A DNA stretch of 64,000 bases from an uncultured Holophagaceae bacterium (GTDB lineage Bacteria > Acidobacteriota > Holophagae > Holophagales > Holophagaceae), in the NCBI GenBank assembly GCA_903868115.1, contig CAIPUA010000041.1:6377-70376 (forward strand), in the 5' to 3' direction. This document shows positions 60,210 to 64,000 of the stretch, piece by piece. The first letter of the stretch is position 1. Each line of letters starts with the position of its first letter. Below the pieces are notes generated by a model. That model did not search any database. It was not told the DNA's origin and saw only the letters and a list, made by a program, of their open reading frames with translations. A program made the position numbers and the translations under genes.

Positions 60210-60998
60210 TCAGAAGGTCGCCTGGATGATGCCCCCGTCCACCTGCAGGGAAGTGCCGGTGATGTAGGAGGCTCGCTCGCTGCAGAGGAACGCGATGGCG
60301 TCACCGATTTCTTCGGGTCGGCCGATCCGTCCCACGGGAATGGAAGCCGCGGTGCGTGCGAAGTAATCCTGCAGGCTGATGCCCTCGGCCTTCGCTTTCA
60401 GCTCGCCCAGATGGGTCTGCCGATCCGTCATGATGTGGCCGGGCAGCAGCGCGTTCACGGTCACACCATCCTTGGCCGTCTCCTGGGCCAGTGTCTTGGT
60501 GAGCCCCGAGATGCCGGCGCGGAGCGTGGAACTGAGGGTGAGGATCGGCGTGGGCTGCTTGGCCACCAGGCTGGTGATGTGGACGATCCGGCCCCATCCA
60601 CGGCTGCGCATTCCAGGGAGTACCAGACGGCAGAGGCGCACCACGTTCATCAATGTGGAGTCAATGCCCGAAACCCAATCCGCTTCCGAGAGTTCCTGGA
60701 AGATCGCCGCCTTCGGGCCGCCCGTATTGGTGACGAGGATATCCACGGGGCCCAGGCGTGCCAGGGTCTGCTGATACCAGGCCTCGAGTTCCTCCAGGCG
60801 ACTCACATCGCAGGGGAGGGCCAACACCTCGATGCCGAGGGCCTCCAGTTCCTTCCGGGTGGCTTCGAGATTCTCCGGGTTTCGCCCGCAGATCGATACC
60901 TTGCAGCCCTCCTGGGCCAGGGAGAGCGCTGCGGCCCTGCCGAGCCCCTTGCTGGCCGCCGCCACCATCGCTACGCGGTTCCGGATGCCGAAATCCAT
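60210..60998 (-). CDS. SDR-family oxidoreductase (FabG-like)
   Basis: 262 aa; Rossmann motif [11 protein letters not shown]; ..NTGGP..; ..SS(x)[10 protein letters not shown].. in place of the classical YxxxK region; ends ..GTSLQVDGG. Confidence 0.8.
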   Translation of the reverse strand: MDFGIRNRVAMVAAASKGLGRAAALSLAQEGCKVSICGRNPENLEATRKELEALGIEVLALPCDVSRLEELEAWYQQTLARLGPVDILVTNTGGPKAAIFQELSEADWVSGIDSTLMNVVRLCRLVLPGMRSRGWGRIVHITSLVAKQPTPILTLSSTLRAGISGLTKTLAQETAKDGVTVNALLPGHIMTDRQTHLGELKAKAEGISLQDYFARTAASIPVGRIGRPEEIGDAIAFLCSERASYITGTSLQVDGGIIQATF

Positions 60999-61032
60999 GG
61001 ATGTGACTCCAAATTCGGCTCAGGGGCCGATA

Positions 61033-62433
61033 TTAAGCCTTCTGGTTGGGCAGTTCCAGGCCATAGCCCTTGGCCTTGTCTTCGGTCTTCAGTAATAAGG
61101 CGAAGACGATGGCCAGGAGGCCAAAGCAGGTGAAGACCGCCATGGGCAGCATGTAGTTGTAGTGGACGATCGTGATGTCCTGCATCTTGCCGTCGACCAT
61201 CTTCTGGAGCATGTCCTTGCCGGTGACGCAATATTTGTCGAGCAGCAGTCCGATGAGCCAGGGGGCGAACATGAGGGCCACGAGATTTTGCAGGAAGAAG
61301 ATCAGGGAGTAGGCCGTCCCCAGTTGGCGCTCGGGGATGAGCTTGGGCACGGAAGGCCACATGGCGGAGGGCACCAGGGAAAAGCCGACGCCCAGGAGGA
61401 GCATGGCGAACACGGCGATCAACCAGTTGTTCAGGAAGGGCACGGTAAAGATGATATGTACCGTCATGATGAGGATGGAGCCCAGGACCATGATGCTGGC
61501 GCCCTTGCCCTTCTTGTCGTAGATGCGGCCGAAGGTGGGGGTCAGCAGCATGGCGCCGATCGGCAGCAGGCTCGGGATGATGCCAGAGAGCTTCTCGGAG
61601 ACGCCGAACTTCTGGACCATGAGGTCCGGGGCGTACTTCAGGAAGGGGAAGACACCGGAGTAGAAGAGGGCACAGAGAATGGCGATGTACCAGAAGCCCT
61701 TGTTGCCGAGGATGGAGAAGATGTCCGCGAAGCGGAACTCGTCTTCGGGATTGTCGCCCGTGATGCCCTCGGGATCAGAAGCGTCCAGTTTCTTGTCCAT
61801 GGCCATGTAGAAAATGTAGGCTACCAAGCCCACCCCCAACAGAAGCGCACCCACCAGGATCGGCGTGGAGACCTTGAAGGCGTTGGCAATGGGGGCGCTG
61901 ACGCCCAGGGCAAGGCTGGTGCCGATGCGGGCGATGGCCACCTGCAGGCCCATGGCCAGGGCGATCTCATAGCCCTTGAACCACTTCACGATGATTTTGG
62001 TGGCGGTAATGCCGCAGAGTTCGATGCCCATGCCGAAGGTGGCGAAGCCGATGGAGGCGAGCATCACCTGGGCATTGGCGCCGAAGAGTGTCTGGCCGTC
62101 CAGGCTGTGGGTGCTCATGGCCCACCACTTCAGGCCACACCCCAGCACCATGAGGATGGAGGCCAGCATTCCGGCGAAGCGGGGGCCTTTCTTGTCCAGG
62201 ATGATGCCGCCGATGACCAGCATTCCGAGGAACACATTGAACCAGCCGTACGAGCTGGTAAAAAAGCCGTATTGCGCGCTCGTCCAATGGAGTTGCTGTT
62301 CGATGAGCGGCTTGAGGGGCGCGGCCACGTCGGCCACGTAGTAACCGCACAGCATCGTGAACGAGACCACCGCCATGGCGGTCCAGCGGGCCGCTGCGGA
62401 TTCGCGCAGGGATTTCTTGATGGCTTCGACCAT
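61033..62433 (-). CDS. MFS transporter
   Basis: ATG 62433 (MVEAIKKSLRES...); about 12 TM helices. The ORF extends 32 codons further upstream, with no support for that extension. Confidence 0.8.
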   Translation of the reverse strand: MVEAIKKSLRESAAARWTAMAVVSFTMLCGYYVADVAAPLKPLIEQQLHWTSAQYGFFTSSYGWFNVFLGMLVIGGIILDKKGPRFAGMLASILMVLGCGLKWWAMSTHSLDGQTLFGANAQVMLASIGFATFGMGIELCGITATKIIVKWFKGYEIALAMGLQVAIARIGTSLALGVSAPIANAFKVSTPILVGALLLGVGLVAYIFYMAMDKKLDASDPEGITGDNPEDEFRFADIFSILGNKGFWYIAILCALFYSGVFPFLKYAPDLMVQKFGVSEKLSGIIPSLLPIGAMLLTPTFGRIYDKKGKGASIMVLGSILIMTVHIIFTVPFLNNWLIAVFAMLLLGVGFSLVPSAMWPSVPKLIPERQLGTAYSLIFFLQNLVALMFAPWLIGLLLDKYCVTGKDMLQKMVDGKMQDITIVHYNYMLPMAVFTCFGLLAIVFALLLKTEDKAKGYGLELPNQKA

Positions 62434-62541
62434 GAGGGCTCTTCCTGAAGGGTGGGGGTGGGGGCAACCAGTTGCGCGGCCATCGGGGAATGCAGCAGGG
62501 CGTTCGCGCAAACCTCCAGCGTACTCCAAACTCCGCTCTGC

Positions 62542-63396
62542 ATGGGTCTGCCTTTACAAAAGCTGGGTTGCCTCCATCCTGGTGTCATGCTTCCACTGCT
62601 CATTCCTCCCGCCCAGGTCCAGGAAATCCCTTCTCCGCCTCCGGGCATCAAGCTGCCCCCCACGCTGGTCTGGAAGCCCGGCAGTCTCGAACTGTTGCCC
62701 TTCGACGACGAGCGGTTCGAGGTGCGGTCCACCCGGGAGAAGGGGCCCATCTATATAACGATCGAGGGACGAGTCTGGCGGTTCTCGCTCGTCTCCGCCC
62801 AGGGGCGCGTGGGATACCTGACCCTGGTGCGGCGGTTGAAGGCCGAGCTCGAGGCCGCCGGCTGGGTCTGGCAACTGGAAGAACAGGGCGTGGCTCGCCG
62901 CGAACTGGGCGGTCAGGACCTATGGTTGCGCTTTTCGTCCGCTGGCAGCGGAGAACTGAAGATGGTGGTGGTGGAGCGGCGGGAAGCCCAGGCCTTCGTG
63001 CTGGCCCGCCCCGGGAAAGCGCCCGAACTGCCCTCGGCCCAGGAGGACTTTCCCTACCTGCCACCCTGGCCGGGCTCCAAGATCGTGCGCTGTGCCGACA
63101 CCTCTAACCCTGTCGCGGTGGAATTGGCGGACGGGAAGCAGGGCCTGGTGAAGGTGAACTTCATCGAAAAGGAGTACGAACTGGCTGCGGCCGTTTCGGC
63201 CCATGAGTTCCTGACGGTCTACAGCAAGGCCCTCATGAATGCCGGATGGGAAATCGAGGGCCGCTTCCGCGGGAAGCTCATCCAGATCCAGGCGGTCTAT
63301 GCCCGGGAAGGCCGTGATATACGGGCAACACTCAGGTTGCTGGGGAACGCCATGGCCATCTCGGTCGCCGATGTCGGGGCCCAGCGCCCGAGGTGA
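62542..63396 (+). CDS. Hypothetical protein with two tandem alpha/beta domains, the second DUF4892-like
   Basis: Start uncertain (ATG 62542 or 62587; the track ORF starts at 62452). Two similar modules end in ..LKAELEAAGWVW.. and ..YSKALMNAGWEIEG... The second is preceded by DFPYLPPWPGSKIV, which resembles the DUF4892-type P(G)S.I motif as I recall it. Confidence 0.4.
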   Translation: MGLPLQKLGCLHPGVMLPLLIPPAQVQEIPSPPPGIKLPPTLVWKPGSLELLPFDDERFEVRSTREKGPIYITIEGRVWRFSLVSAQGRVGYLTLVRRLKAELEAAGWVWQLEEQGVARRELGGQDLWLRFSSAGSGELKMVVVERREAQAFVLARPGKAPELPSAQEDFPYLPPWPGSKIVRCADTSNPVAVELADGKQGLVKVNFIEKEYELAAAVSAHEFLTVYSKALMNAGWEIEGRFRGKLIQIQAVYAREGRDIRATLRLLGNAMAISVADVGAQRPR

Positions 63397-63442
63397 GGCG
63401 TAGTTCCGGGTCATGCGTTTGCATCCGGGGGAAAAGAGCTAC

Positions 63443-63543
63443 CGCAGAGGTCACAGAGGAAAAGACGAGAGGGCACCGAGATGGAAGTCCCCTCTTGTCA
63501 GTATCTTTTCTCTGTGCGCTCTGCCTTCCTCTGCGCCCTCTGT
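63443..63543. repeat. Imperfect long hairpin built from CACAGAG/GCAGAG heptamer motifs
   Basis: Arm GCAGAGGTCACAGAGGAAAAGA (63443-63464) pairs with TCTTTTCTCTGTGCGCTCTGC (63503-63523); there is an inner AGAGGG/CCCTCT stem. Further CTCTGC and CTCTGTG copies lie at 63528-63533 and 63537-63543. Confidence 0.5.
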
Positions 63544-63697
63544 GGTTCAGCAGTTTGTTGCCAAAATTTGTTCCGGAACTTTTCCCATATCCCTTCTTGA
63601 AGTCGACCCGAGGGTGGCTTATCCTTGGAAACCGAATTTCTTTGTGGACCATTGCGTCTAAAATGGTTTTTCCTGGCAAGGATAATAGGAGCATCCC

Positions 63698-64000
63698 ATT
63701 TTCATCCGCCCCCGGCGTCTTCGTCGTACCCAGGCCATCCGCGATCTTGTGGCGGAGACGGATCTGCGCCCCCGGCACCTGATCCAGCCCTATTTCGTGC
63801 AGACGGCCGAAGGCAGCAACCCCATCGAGGCCATGCCCGGCATCGCCCGCACGGGCCTCACGGCCACCGTCAAGCAGGTGGAGGCTGATCTCAAACTGGG
63901 CCTCAAGAGTGTGCTGCTCTTCGGCGTGCCCGACGAGAAGAGCCCCTTGGCGGAATACAGCCACGATCCCCACGGGATCGTGCCTCTCACCGTCACGGCT
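63698..64000 (+). CDS. hemB: Porphobilinogen synthase (delta-aminolevulinate dehydratase), 5' part, runs off the window
   Basis: My translation from 63698 is (I/M)FIRPRRLRRTQAIRDLVAETDLRPRHLIQPYFVQTAEGSNPIEAMPGIARTGL...LLFGVPDEKSPLAEYSHDPHGIV. The frame is closed by TAG at 63686. It has no ATG, GTG or TTG before the conserved RPRRLR block. AGGAG sits 6 nt before ATT 63698. Confidence 0.8.
   Translation, partial: MFIRPRRLRRTQAIRDLVAETDLRPRHLIQPYFVQTAEGSNPIEAMPGIARTGLTATVKQVEADLKLGLKSVLLFGVPDEKSPLAEYSHDPHGIVPLTVTA

Noticed and set aside
61162-62448. 428-aa ORF antisense to the MFS transporter
   Set aside because: A shadow ORF. The product is charged and low-complexity, whereas the minus strand encodes a 12-TM protein.
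63443-63543. Possible CRISPR-like or tandem repeat array (repeated CTCTG[TC]G motifs)
   Set aside because: The units are only 6-7 nt, irregularly spaced and in inverted orientation, forming a hairpin. There is no repeat-spacer periodicity and there are no cas genes.

Overview
GC-rich bacterial chromosomal window with strong GC3 codon bias. The gene content looks Acidobacteriota/Holophagae-like, but that is only a guess. It is dominated by core housekeeping genes. The centre (16.0-33.8 kb, + strand) is a complete str-S10-spc-alpha ribosomal protein supercluster: rpsL-rpsG-fusA, then rpsJ through rplQ, including secY, adk, infA, rpmJ and rpoA. tuf is not present in it. Other core loci:
- queA, thyX, purA, clpC, bamA-skp, dut and purC.
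- A partial F1Fo ATP synthase operon (b'-b-delta-alpha-gamma-beta-epsilon, with no a or c subunit genes).
- tRNA-Val and tRNA-Asp, der, and the 5' end of hemB.

The flanks carry more accessory-type genes:
- An MsbA-like ABC exporter, a TauE/SafE permease, and an orphan PdeM-like phosphoesterase-fold protein.
- DUF192 and CBM9/DUF5916 proteins.
- An SPFH-SHOCT protein apparently co-transcribed with a LytS-type kinase and a LytTR regulator.
- PepSY, formyltransferase, and transglutaminase-like/TPR proteins.
- A catalytically degenerate thiolase homologue.
- A secreted DUF4097 protein followed by two M16-like proteins that both lack HxxEH.
- A HepT/MntA toxin-antitoxin pair whose antitoxin reading frame is broken.
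- An SDR and an MFS transporter.

I found no rRNA, CRISPR array, transposase or integrase. I cannot point to a clear-cut new multi-gene system. The best candidates for follow-up are:
- The SPFH-SHOCT/LytS/LytTR module.
- The secreted DUF4097 plus double pseudo-M16 cluster.
- A 187-nt structured spacer before rplE inside the spc operon.
- The broken MntA next to an intact HepT.
- The inactive-looking PdeM and thiolase homologues.
- A hemB that appears to need an ATT start codon.

The many long antisense ORFs in the track are GC3 artefacts.
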